Shown: positions 44,810-54,185 of the stretch, in pieces
Layout: each line of letters starts with the position of its first letter
Position numbering within the stretch: the stretch's first letter is position 1
Assembly (NCBI GenBank): GCA_043390205.1
Contig: DAWERN010000001.1
Coordinates: 143,942 to 207,941 of the forward strand
From: Candidatus Azoamicus soli
GTDB taxonomy: Bacteria; Pseudomonadota; Gammaproteobacteria; UBA6186; Azoamicaceae
Length of the DNA: 64,000 nt
Direction: 5' to 3'
Notes under the pieces: model-generated
What the model saw: only the letters and a program-made list of their open reading frames with translations
The model's database searches: none
Told to the model about the DNA's origin: nothing
Program-made: the position numbers and the translations under genes

Positions 44810-45469
44810 CAAATGTTGAAGTTAGAATATTAACAAGATAAGAAAAATGGTAAAAATGTTTTTGTAATTAATTTTAATATTGATGCTAGATAAAGTTATA
44901 TTGTTATACAAATTATATCAGTAATTATTAATTTAATGAAGTTTTGGAGGATTAATTAGTAATGGTGATTTAGTTTCTGATTAATTTTAACGTTTAAGAC
45001 GTTCTGGTAGCATATTAATTGCATCGATTGTTGGCAGTAAGATTATAACAGTCAACTTTACTTTAAATGGTTTCGTAAGAAATTAAAAACTGTGGCAAAT
45101 CTTAATAAATTATTAAAAAAAATAATATAGAAATAGAGTGTAGTATCGTTGCCATTTATAAAACAACATTAAGTTTATTATATAAAATACCATAAAAGTA
45201 GATATAAATTTATTGATTCTTTAAATAAAACTTATTATCTTTTTACAAAGTTCATTGATAAGTATTGTTTTATGCTTGATTTTAATAAAATTTATACAAA
45301 TGAGCATTTGCATACTCAAGATACTCTTGAATTAAAATTAATATGGGAGATACAAATTAGCAAAGAATTTATTTTGAAACATTTATTGAATCATAAGATA
45401 TATTAATTTGTTTATCATTCTGAAATGTTAAAAGGTAAAGTTTTTAATTTTATTAAATATTTTAAATAA
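44810..45469 (+). pseudogene. Decayed reading frame, probably adenylate kinase
   Basis: In-frame fragments GLISNGDLVSD (44949-44981) and NFTLNGFVRN (to 45083) resemble Adk GxLVxD and GFxLDGFPR. A later fragment of about 98 codons (45173-45469) begins VYYIKY, like the LID VYHxKF. Several stops and frameshifts. Confidence 0.4.
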
Positions 45470-45472
45470 TTT

Positions 45473-46024
45473 ATGGCAAAATTACATTTTTATTATTCTA
45501 CAATGAATGCTGGTAAATCCACACTATTACTTCAGATTAATTATAATAATAGTGAAAAGAAAATACATACAATTCTTTTTTTACCAGACGTAGCAAGTAG
45601 CGACGGTATTATTACATCAAGACTAGGTTTATTTGCAAGAGCTATGTTATTATATGATAATCTAAATTTATTTAAGTATATAAAAAGTTTATCCGTTTTA
45701 CCTAAATTGATATTAGTAGATGAAGCTCAATTTTTAAAAAAAAAACAAGTTTTTGAGTTAATTGCTATAGTTGATATTTTGAATATCAATATTTTTACAT
45801 ATGGGTTGAGAACAGATTTTAGAGGAAAATTGTTTGATGGAAGTAAATATTTGTTAGCGTTATCTGATAAAATAATAGAGATTAAATCTATTTGTTTTTG
45901 TGGAAATAAAGCTACAATGACTGCACGCGTTGAAAACGCTAAACGACAAATAAGCGGTAATCAAATAGATTTGAGTAAAAAAAAATATATGTCATTTTGC
46001 AGGTATCATTATTATAATATTTAA
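45473..46024 (+). CDS. tdk: Thymidine kinase
   Basis: MAKLHFYYSTMNAGKST, LVDEAQFL, YGLRTDFRG.LF.GS, ICFCG, CRYH. Confidence 0.97.
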   Translation: MAKLHFYYSTMNAGKSTLLLQINYNNSEKKIHTILFLPDVASSDGIITSRLGLFARAMLLYDNLNLFKYIKSLSVLPKLILVDEAQFLKKKQVFELIAIVDILNINIFTYGLRTDFRGKLFDGSKYLLALSDKIIEIKSICFCGNKATMTARVENAKRQISGNQIDLSKKKYMSFCRYHYYNI

Positions 46025-47628
46025 TCATGATTTTTCAGTTTATATATTATATGTTTATAATTTTTTATACAGATAGATGTATATGGTAGTACTAATATAG
46101 AATTATTTATTTTATCTAATTTTAACATTACTTCTATACTAGAAACTATTTGTGGAATTATAGGTTTAATATAAAATAAAAGAATAAAAAATAAATTTAA
46201 AGCTGTAGTGCACACTTCGTGGCCTCTTTTATATGTTAATACATCAACGTGCAAATACCATGGTTTTTCTTTTTCAATGTATAAATTAATTTTATCTGTA
46301 TAATTAATTATTATTTTTATAATTTTATTGAATTTTCTTTTATTATATAATGAATTAATTGTCTTGTTTATACTTGTATATTCATAAAATAAATCATATG
46401 AAAATATTTTTTCTGCTAATATGCCATTATAATTTTTTATTAGAATAGTTGATATTCTACTGAGTATATTTATAAATTTACCTATAAGGTCTGAATTTAT
46501 TTTGTTTATAAAATCTTTGATGTTAAAATCTATATCTGTTATTTTATTATTTAATTTACTTGCTAAGTAAAATCTTATATAGTCTGTATTAAATTTTCCA
46601 TTTAAGTCTTTAGCTGTTATAAATGTATTTTTTGATTTTGACATTTTTTTACCATTTATTGTTAAAAATCCATGTACAATGATATCTTTTGGTAATTTAA
46701 TGTTCATAGCTTTCAAAATAGCTATCCAAAACAATGCATGAAAAGAAATTATGTCTTTTCCGATAAAGTGATATAATATAAATTTTTTTGTTTTGAATAA
46801 ATAATGATTAATATTTATATTTGATTTTAAAAAAAAATTTTGAATACTTGCAAAATAACCTAAAGGAGCATCAATCCATACGTAAAAAAATTTGTCCTGT
46901 TCACCAGGTATTTTTATTCCGAAATAAGGACTATTTCTTGATATATTCCATGGGTTTAATCCAATTTTGAACCATTCTGTCAATTTATTTAACATTTGTT
47001 TTTGTAATAAAGTTTTTTTGCACCAATTTATTAAAAATGATTGAAACTTTTCTAATGAAAAAAAATAATGGTTTGTTTGTAGTATTATTGGAGTTGTATT
47101 TGTTATTTTTGATTTAGGATTTATTAACTCTAGTGCATCATAATTAAAATTACATTTTTCGCATATGTCTCCATATTGATCAACGCTCTTACATTTTGGG
47201 CAAGTACCTATTATATATCTGTCTGGTAAGAAACTTTTTAATTTGTTATCGTAAAATTGAGATGTTTTTTTTATATATATTAAATTTTTTTCATACAGTT
47301 TATAAAAAAAATTTCTTGTAAGAATTTCATTTTCATATGAATGTGTTGTATAAAAATTACTGTAATTTATATTAAAGTTCAGTAAGTCTTTTTTATATGA
47401 TAGAAAGAAATTTGTTACAAGTTTCTGTGGAATGGTTTTTTCTGACAATGCTTTTAGCATAATTGGAGTTCCGTGTGCGTCTATACCAGAAAAATAAAAA
47501 GCGTTTAGATTATTCTTGTTTTTAAATCTAATCCATATATCTGTTTGAATAAATTCTAACATATGCCCTATATGTAAATTACCGTTTGGATAAGGTAACG
47601 CTGATGAAATAAAAATATATTTATGCAT
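46021..47628 (-). CDS. metG: Methionine--tRNA ligase (monomeric; no C-terminal tRNA-binding domain)
   Basis: SALPYPNGNLHIGH, DAHGTPI, CPKC..QYGD.CE.C, YVWIDAP, KMSKS. Confidence 0.97.
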   Translation of the reverse strand: MHKYIFISSALPYPNGNLHIGHMLEFIQTDIWIRFKNKNNLNAFYFSGIDAHGTPIMLKALSEKTIPQKLVTNFFLSYKKDLLNFNINYSNFYTTHSYENEILTRNFFYKLYEKNLIYIKKTSQFYDNKLKSFLPDRYIIGTCPKCKSVDQYGDICEKCNFNYDALELINPKSKITNTTPIILQTNHYFFSLEKFQSFLINWCKKTLLQKQMLNKLTEWFKIGLNPWNISRNSPYFGIKIPGEQDKFFYVWIDAPLGYFASIQNFFLKSNININHYLFKTKKFILYHFIGKDIISFHALFWIAILKAMNIKLPKDIIVHGFLTINGKKMSKSKNTFITAKDLNGKFNTDYIRFYLASKLNNKITDIDFNIKDFINKINSDLIGKFINILSRISTILIKNYNGILAEKIFSYDLFYEYTSINKTINSLYNKRKFNKIIKIIINYTDKINLYIEKEKPWYLHVDVLTYKRGHEVCTTALNLFFILLFYIKPIIPQIVSSIEVMLKLDKINNSILVLPYTSICIKNYKHIIYKLKNHD

Positions 47629-47739
47629 GTTGTATTTTAGATTAAAAAAAAATAATTACACGAATATTATTATAGTTTGGATAATTGATTAAATCAAATA
47701 AAAAGACTAAAATTTAAAAAAATTAAATAATAAATTGGT

Positions 47740-48048
47740 ATGCAGAATATAATAGAAAAAATAAAGAAACAAATTGAAGCTAATCAGTTAATCATATATA
47801 TTAAAGGAACGCCATCTAACCCTATGTGTGGTTTTTCAGCAAAAGTTGTTAACATATTAAATTTATTAGAGTTAGAATATTCGTATGTTAATGTGCTAGA
47901 AAATAATGAAATAAGACGAGCTTTGCCTGTATATTCTCATTGGCCTACATTTCCGCAGGTTTATTATAAGACAAAGCTCATTGGTGGAGCTGATATCATT
48001 TCGGATCTTTATGATAAAAATGAATTGAAAAAAATTTTAACGTCGTAA
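47740..48048 (+). CDS. grxD: Monothiol glutaredoxin Grx4
   Basis: KGTPSNPMCGFS, WPTFPQ, IGGADI. Confidence 0.97.
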   Translation: MQNIIEKIKKQIEANQLIIYIKGTPSNPMCGFSAKVVNILNLLELEYSYVNVLENNEIRRALPVYSHWPTFPQVYYKTKLIGGADIISDLYDKNELKKILTS

Positions 48049-48058
48049 TATAATGGGC

Positions 48059-48087
48059 TTGACAAACATTAAATATACGTATACTCT
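48059..48087 (+). promoter_or_regulatory. Probable sigma70 promoter for tRNA-Val/Asp
   Basis: Perfect TTGACA at 48059; -10 candidates are TATACT (15-nt spacer) or TACTCT (17-nt spacer), just before the tRNA. Confidence 0.5.
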
Positions 48088-48097
48088 TTATAATAAA

Positions 48098-48170
48098 GGG
48101 TGCTTAGCTCAGTTGGGAGAGCATCGCTCTTACACGGCGAGGGTCGTGGGTTCAAATCCCTCAGCACCCA
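48098..48170 (+). tRNA. tRNA-Val(UAC), CCA not encoded
   Basis: GGGTGCTTAGCTCAGTTGGGAGAGCATCGCTCT-TAC-ACGGCGAGGGTCGTGGGTTCAAATCCCTCAGCACCCA. Confidence 0.96.
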
Positions 48171-48188
48171 AAATAATTAAGGAATCAA

Positions 48189-48262
48189 GGAGCGGTAGTT
48201 CAGTTGGTTAGAATATCGGCCTGTCACGCCGGAGGTCACGGGTTCAAATCCCGTCCGCTTCG
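48189..48262 (+). tRNA. tRNA-Asp(GUC), CCA not encoded
   Basis: GGAGCGGTAGTTCAGTTGGTTAGAATATCGGCCT-GTC-ACGCCGGAGGTCACGGGTTCAAATCCCGTCCGCTTCG. Confidence 0.97.
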
Positions 48263-48273
48263 CTTATATTAAA

Positions 48274-49776
48274 ATGTTTAATAAAATATTTGTTTGGACT
48301 GTTGTTGTTGTTATATCTATAACATTAATTTTTACAAGTTTTGACTTTAGTAAAAAAAAATTAGAAAAAAATTTTAATGTTATTGATAATTATAGTATAA
48401 TAGATACCGAATTAGTGAACATTATTTCTTATTTAAAAGATAAATATAAGCTTGTAGAACTTAATGAGGTTACTACTTTTACAGATAAATTAAAAATATT
48501 TATATTAAATGATATTAGAGTAAATATTAAATTTGTAAAGCTTGGATTGATTGTTGCAAATAAAGATATTAAAAATGAGATATTATATAATTATCTTTTT
48601 AGAAAAGATAATAAGTTTTCAATTGATTTGTATAAAGAATTTTTATTAAAGAATGAATTTACAGATGGTTTATTTCAACAATATTTAATAAAAAAATTAA
48701 AAATTAGTAGATTTAAAAAAAATATACAGGTATTTTGTATCACGTATTTAGTTAATGCTATTAGCGTGTTAAAATATCATAAATATAAAATAGATTATTT
48801 GTATAGCCTTAATTCTATTAAGAAAAATTTTTTGTATAAAGATTTCTTTTTAAGACATGAATTAGACATTGTTAAATTAAACTTTTTAAATATCTCTATT
48901 AAAGAAATTATTAAGCATTGTGCTGTAGATAATTTTATTGTTATAGATATATATAATAAAAACAAGTATATATATAATTTCTTTACAGATATTAAAATTA
49001 GTCATATTAAAATTAGCAGACGCATTAAAAATTATTTTGCACTAATATCTTTGTTGAAAGATACAAATAATTTAATGAAGTTGCAACATAATAAATATTT
49101 TGCAAAAGTTAATTTGTTAATTGATCCGCTAGAATTTAACGTTAGATTTAAGATAATTTTAAAGCGTTATGATACTACTTTTGTTTTTTTTGAATCAGTA
49201 AGTGATTTTCATATTCTAATATATAAGAATTCTTTTTTAGCTAATAAGTTTTCTGTCATTTTAGATGATATTAAAAATAAATGTAAAAAAGAAAAAGTTA
49301 AAAACAAGATTTTCAAAAGCAAATTGTTTAATTTCGATTTTAATGCTACGTTAATTAATCTAAATTTACCAATTAGTTATGTTTATGTTGATCCTTATGT
49401 AAGATTAAAAGAGTTTGAAATTTTTAATAAACATCTCAAAAAAAAAATAGTAATAATTAATAAATATAATTATTTAATTTTAAATACAGACTATATTGGT
49501 AGAAATAGTTGTGACAATTATCTTGATGTTAATATAAAAGCATATTTTAATGAAATTAAATCTGATAAGAAATTTTTAACACTCTTTTTTATTAATGATG
49601 TTAACTTATATGATATGTTTGATTATAAATTTATTAGAAATAAATTGATTAAAGATCGATTTAAATTAATTAATCTGCATAAATATAATAATAAATATTA
49701 TTATTTTTATATTGATAACTATGTTGAAGATGTGTTATGTGATTACCAAACAATTGTAACTATGCAAGCTAGCTGA
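48274..49776 (+). CDS. ppiD: Highly diverged PpiD (SurA-N domain membrane chaperone)
   Basis: N-terminal TM helix; KLGLIVANKDIKNEI...FRKDNKFSIDLYKEFL resembles the PpiD SurA_N region; ISHIKI parvulin-like remnant; tRNA-Val-Asp-ppiD synteny. Confidence 0.65.
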   Translation: MFNKIFVWTVVVVISITLIFTSFDFSKKKLEKNFNVIDNYSIIDTELVNIISYLKDKYKLVELNEVTTFTDKLKIFILNDIRVNIKFVKLGLIVANKDIKNEILYNYLFRKDNKFSIDLYKEFLLKNEFTDGLFQQYLIKKLKISRFKKNIQVFCITYLVNAISVLKYHKYKIDYLYSLNSIKKNFLYKDFFLRHELDIVKLNFLNISIKEIIKHCAVDNFIVIDIYNKNKYIYNFFTDIKISHIKISRRIKNYFALISLLKDTNNLMKLQHNKYFAKVNLLIDPLEFNVRFKIILKRYDTTFVFFESVSDFHILIYKNSFLANKFSVILDDIKNKCKKEKVKNKIFKSKLFNFDFNATLINLNLPISYVYVDPYVRLKEFEIFNKHLKKKIVIINKYNYLILNTDYIGRNSCDNYLDVNIKAYFNEIKSDKKFLTLFFINDVNLYDMFDYKFIRNKLIKDRFKLINLHKYNNKYYYFYIDNYVEDVLCDYQTIVTMQAS

Positions 49777-50029
49777 ATTTTATAAGAGTAGTAGTTTTTT
49801 TAATTTTATTTATTATCTGGAAATATTTTTTATTATAAATATTTTTTATTAGTAGGTTATATATTAAATTATCAGATTCATTTAGAAGTAAAATGAATTT
49901 TACTTTTAACTTATTATTTAATCTATTGTAATGTTTTTCTAAGAATATTAATAATATTAAATCTAACTCTAGCATACCTCTTCTACAGTTAAGATATATT
50001 TCTGAAATATTTTTTTGCTTAATTTTCAT
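49769..50029 (-). CDS. sdhE: FAD assembly factor SdhE
   Basis: CRRGMLELDLIL..F, LLNESD. Confidence 0.93.
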   Translation of the reverse strand: MKIKQKNISEIYLNCRRGMLELDLILLIFLEKHYNRLNNKLKVKFILLLNESDNLIYNLLIKNIYNKKYFQIINKIKKTTTLIKFS

Positions 50030-50030
50030 A

Positions 50031-51437
50031 TTACTTATTTTTCATTAGTGGAAACAATATAACGTCCTTTATAGACATAGAATTAGTAAATAACATTGTT
50101 AATCTGTCAATTCCTATTCCTTCTCCGCCTGTTGGAGGTAACGCGTATTCTAATGATGTTATATAATCGTCATCTAATTGTAGTGATTTGTCATGTTTAT
50201 TGTTTAATTGTTCTAAAAATCGCAATTTTTGTTCATATGGGTTATTTAATTCAGAAAAACCATTTGCTATTTCTTTGCCACATATGTATAGTTCAAATCG
50301 TTCAACTATATTTGAATCGTAATCTGTCGTTTTTGATAATGGTGATATTCCCAATGGATGATGCAGAATGAATGTTGGAGTAATAAGATTTTTTTCTACG
50401 AATATATCAAAAATTTTACATTGCAAGTCATTGATATTCCAATTAGTATTTATTTCTATATTATTTTTTATTAAAACTGTTAATAACAGTTCTTTGTTAT
50501 TTAAATTTTCAAAAGAGATATTGTCACAGTATTTTATAATAGCGTCAAAAAAATTTATTTTTGTAAAATTTTGTGTAAAATTTAATCTGGTATTGTTATA
50601 AAATATTTCTTGATTGTTAAAAAGTGTGTTAACTAAATATTTAAATAATTGTTCTGTTAAATTCATCATGTCTGTGTAATTGGCGTAAGCTTCATAAAAT
50701 TCTATCATTGTGAATTCAGGATGATGTTTTTTTGAAAGTCCTTCATTTCTAAAATTTTTGCCTATTTCAAATACTTTTTCAAAACCTCCAACTATTAATT
50801 TTTTTAGATATAATTCCGGTGATATTCTAAAATACAAATCTTCATTTAAACAATTAATGTATGTTTTAAATGGTTCAGCATCAGCTCCACCTATTATATT
50901 TTGCATTATTGGTGTTTCTACTTCTATAAATTTTTTTTTCATAAAGAATTTTCTTATTTGATGAATTAATTCTGATCTGAATAAAAATGTTTTTTTACTT
51001 TTAGCGTTAACAAGTAGATCGATATATCTATGTCTGTAACACAATTCTTTGTCTAATAAGCCGTATTGTTTATCCGGAAAAGATTTTAAATTTTTTGCTA
51101 GTATGTAAAATGAAACTGCTTTTAATGATAATTCGTTGCTTTTGGTAGTAAATAATAATCCTTTGACACCAATAATATCACCTAATGTAATATTATTTAT
51201 TATAGTTTTGTAATCTTTTATATTTGAGTGAGAAATATAAATTTGTATCTTTGAAGACATATCTCTGAGTTCCAAAAAACATGCTTGGCCCATGAGACGT
51301 TTTCTGTAAATTCTGCCGCATAAAGAAAATTCTTTTTTAGAAAAATAATAACTGTCTGTTTTATTAAATATATTTATTACATCTTGTATTATGTGTGAAC
51401 GTTTAAATTTGTTAAAGTAATTACAATTAATATTCAT
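50031..51437 (-). CDS. lysS: Lysine--tRNA ligase (class II)
   Basis: YRHRYIDL, EVETP, ISPELYLK, FRNEG, HHPEFT, EIANGFSELN, PPTGGEGIGIDRL. Confidence 0.98.
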   Translation of the reverse strand: MNINCNYFNKFKRSHIIQDVINIFNKTDSYYFSKKEFSLCGRIYRKRLMGQACFLELRDMSSKIQIYISHSNIKDYKTIINNITLGDIIGVKGLLFTTKSNELSLKAVSFYILAKNLKSFPDKQYGLLDKELCYRHRYIDLLVNAKSKKTFLFRSELIHQIRKFFMKKKFIEVETPIMQNIIGGADAEPFKTYINCLNEDLYFRISPELYLKKLIVGGFEKVFEIGKNFRNEGLSKKHHPEFTMIEFYEAYANYTDMMNLTEQLFKYLVNTLFNNQEIFYNNTRLNFTQNFTKINFFDAIIKYCDNISFENLNNKELLLTVLIKNNIEINTNWNINDLQCKIFDIFVEKNLITPTFILHHPLGISPLSKTTDYDSNIVERFELYICGKEIANGFSELNNPYEQKLRFLEQLNNKHDKSLQLDDDYITSLEYALPPTGGEGIGIDRLTMLFTNSMSIKDVILFPLMKNK

Positions 51438-51461
51438 AATGTATAGTTGTAAAAAAATATG

Positions 51462-52547
51462 TTATAATTTTAGTAATTCTAAGATAAATATATCTAGGTT
51501 ACCATTTAAAATAAATTGGATATCAGTGATTTCTTGGTGTGTTCTTAAATCTTTTATATATGATTTATCAAATACATATGATCTTATTTGATTTCCCCAT
51601 GTTATAGCTAGCTTGTTTTTTTTATCCTTGGCATGTATAGTTGTAAGATTTTGTAATGCTTCTATTTTCATTTTTAATTGAGTTAATGCTTGTATTTTAT
51701 TTTTGTGTTGTGATCTGTCTGATTGGCACTGTACAACAATTTTTGTTGGTATGTGAGTAATGCGTATAGCGGAATCAGTTTTATTTACATGTTGACCACC
51801 AGCTCCACTTGATCTAAAAGTATCAATTTTTATATTTGTTTCATTTAAAACAGTAGAACATTTTTCTAAATTTTCTGGATATACAAATACTGAAGCAAAA
51901 GATGTATGACGTTTATTATTAGTGTCAAATGGTGATTTTCTTACTAATCTATGTATTCCTAATTCGTGTTTTAACCAACCATAAGCATTTTTTCCGTTTA
52001 TTTGAATTGATATAAATTTTATACCGCCTGAATCACCATTAACTAAGTCTTTGATGATGTATATGAAATTTTTTTTTTCAAACCAAGTGGTATACATTTT
52101 AAATAAAATTTCTACCCAATCTTGTGCATCTAGACCACCAGTACCTGATTGTATTTCTAGAAAAGCATTGCAATTGTCTGCTTGTGATGTAAACAATGTA
52201 TCTTCTTCTAGTTTATTCACATCTAATATTAATTTTTGAAATGTTTCTTGTAATTCTAATAACATTATTGAGTCATTATCATTTGTTGATAGTTGAAATA
52301 ATTCTTCAAAATCTTTAATGTTTTGATTTAATGAATTAATTTTATCAAGACATTTAATTAATGAAGCTTCTTCTGTAAACAGGTGGTCAATTTTAAAGTA
52401 TTTATCGAAGTTATTAACTTGTTTAAGAATGATAGTTAACTGATTTAATCTTTTATAGTAAATGTGTGGTCTGAGATACATCATTAGTTTTTCAAATTTT
52501 TTTTTTAAAATTAATAAGTTGTCTAGTATGTTTATATACTTTATCAT
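51462..52547 (-). CDS. prfB: Peptide chain release factor 2 (no programmed frameshift)
   Basis: GIHRLVRKSPF (SPF), RHTSFA, SGAGGQHVNKTDSA, WGNQIRSY; prfB-lysS synteny. Confidence 0.97.
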   Translation of the reverse strand: MIKYINILDNLLILKKKFEKLMMYLRPHIYYKRLNQLTIILKQVNNFDKYFKIDHLFTEEASLIKCLDKINSLNQNIKDFEELFQLSTNDNDSIMLLELQETFQKLILDVNKLEEDTLFTSQADNCNAFLEIQSGTGGLDAQDWVEILFKMYTTWFEKKNFIYIIKDLVNGDSGGIKFISIQINGKNAYGWLKHELGIHRLVRKSPFDTNNKRHTSFASVFVYPENLEKCSTVLNETNIKIDTFRSSGAGGQHVNKTDSAIRITHIPTKIVVQCQSDRSQHKNKIQALTQLKMKIEALQNLTTIHAKDKKNKLAITWGNQIRSYVFDKSYIKDLRTHQEITDIQFILNGNLDIFILELLKL

Positions 52548-52549
52548 AG

Positions 52550-53071
52550 TTAAAAAATGATACGATTTTTTAGTAATATGCTACTGTCTGTTAATGTAGT
52601 AGATGTTATATCATTATAGTCTAATAACTTTCCACCATAATTTATGTGAAACTTTTTTGCTGCGTTAATGTCGCTAAAAGGGACATATGTTAAACCCATA
52701 GCTCCATTCATATTACTATCTATAACATAATATGCATCTTGCGCTAACATCCATTTATCTTTGTATGAATCCCATTCTACATCACTAAAATCTTGTACAA
52801 AAAAATATTTTATATTTTTTATTCTTGTTTTATTTGTACTTTCATAAAAAGCTTCCCTAACTTCACAATAATAAGATCGTGAATTATCTTTCCATATAAT
52901 TTGTGCTTTAGGACCTTTATAATCAAGTATAATCATTGAATCATTTGCACAAATGTGTGTATTATTTAAGTTTAATGGAGTCGTATTTTTTTCTATTTTA
53001 TTATCATAAAAAATTATTATAACTATAATAAAAATAGATAAAATCAAAAAAAAAAAGTTTTTATGATACAT
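52550..53071 (-). CDS. nosL: Nitrous oxide reductase accessory copper chaperone NosL
   Basis: CANDSMIILDYKGPKAQI, VQD, AYYVIDS...GAMG...VPF...AKKF..YGG; ATG at 53071. Confidence 0.92.
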   Translation of the reverse strand: MYHKNFFFLILSIFIIVIIIFYDNKIEKNTTPLNLNNTHICANDSMIILDYKGPKAQIIWKDNSRSYYCEVREAFYESTNKTRIKNIKYFFVQDFSDVEWDSYKDKWMLAQDAYYVIDSNMNGAMGLTYVPFSDINAAKKFHINYGGKLLDYNDITSTTLTDSSILLKNRIIF

Positions 53072-53372
53072 GTGTATTATTATCTCCAAACAAATTTATA
53101 AATTTGTTATATATTTTTTTATATGTCTGATCAATTAAGTTTGAATATTTGAAATCTCTTTCTGTTATAATTTTATTATTTATTGTTTGACCTATTAAAT
53201 TTTTTATTTCTCTTGGATTATCTGTGTTAAATAGTTTTTTTATGTTTTTTTTTATCACGAGAAGTTCTTCTAGAGTTATTAATATATCTCTAGTTTTTTT
53301 GTTTTTAAGAATTTTTTTTCCAAAGTATTTATATGTTAAACTTGTGTGTATAAAATTTTTTGTTTTTGTCAT
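53061..53372 (-). CDS. Hypothetical 103-aa basic protein inside the nos operon
   Basis: Intact ATG ORF filling the nosY-nosL gap (7 nt after the nosY stop, overlapping the nosL start); no recognisable motif. Confidence 0.55.
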   Translation of the reverse strand: MTKTKNFIHTSLTYKYFGKKILKNKKTRDILITLEELLVIKKNIKKLFNTDNPREIKNLIGQTINNKIITERDFKYSNLIDQTYKKIYNKFINLFGDNNTHVS

Positions 53373-53379
53373 ATAACTA

Positions 53380-54183
53380 TTATTTTTTTTTTAAACAAAT
53401 AAAAAAAAATATATAAAGAATAATTATTAACCAGCTAAATGTTAATATTGTAATATGATATATACTTAAAAATATAATCTTCATACCGAACAAGTCTGTT
53501 ATAGCGTCTGGCATAAAACATAAAATAGATAATAATTTAAATATTTCTGTTGGATTTAGTAATAATAATAAATTTAAAAACGTTAATGATAATTTCCCGT
53601 AAAATAATATAGTTAATAAGATAAATAATATATCATATATTATTATGAAAAACAGCCATATTAGTATGCTTAATAAAATTACAATTGTTCTATCTTTAGA
53701 TGAATCTGATATATATAATGCAAAAGCATTAAATATAATGCTTAACCAAATGGAAATAATATAAAATTTTAGTAGCATAAAAATATTAATGCCAAGTGTG
53801 GTTAAATATATTCCTACAGGAATGAATCCTAACAAAAATGCTAACGCAAATATTAAACTGTTTCCGCATAATTTACCAAGAAATATTTCTAACAATGAGA
53901 TACGATAAGATAAGATTAAGTCTAACATACCAGATTCACGTTCAGCTAATATTGAATCATAAGATAACATAAATGATAATAATGGTATTAGATACATTTG
54001 TAAATGTATTAAAGATAGCACTAATGATTTTATATCAGTTTGAGAGTAATCACCAGAAATAATTTCTCCAAAATATATAATTAATAAGTTTACCGCGCTT
54101 ATTATAAAAGCTGACAAAATTATCCAGTAATTTTTTATATTGTGGTGAAATTCTTTTTTAATAATTTTATATATATTTTTCAT
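53380..54183 (-). CDS. nosY: ABC transporter permease NosY
   Basis: IKKEF, YLIPLLSFMLSYDSILAERESGMLDLILSY, LGK, LLNPTE. Confidence 0.93.
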   Translation of the reverse strand: MKNIYKIIKKEFHHNIKNYWIILSAFIISAVNLLIIYFGEIISGDYSQTDIKSLVLSLIHLQMYLIPLLSFMLSYDSILAERESGMLDLILSYRISLLEIFLGKLCGNSLIFALAFLLGFIPVGIYLTTLGINIFMLLKFYIISIWLSIIFNAFALYISDSSKDRTIVILLSILIWLFFIIIYDILFILLTILFYGKLSLTFLNLLLLLNPTEIFKLLSILCFMPDAITDLFGMKIIFLSIYHITILTFSWLIIILYIFFFICLKKK

Positions 54184-54185
54184 GA

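Noticed and set aside
44990-45120. Possible tmRNA, RNase P RNA or SRP RNA in the large gap
   Set aside because: No GGGGCTG/TTCGA tRNA-like ends, no GAGGAAAGTCC and no SRP GGAAG motif; a decayed protein gene fits better.
47685-47697. FNR-like TTGAT-TAA-ATCAA upstream of grxD
   Set aside because: The spacer is 3 nt rather than 4, it is not at a denitrification gene, and no regulator is seen.
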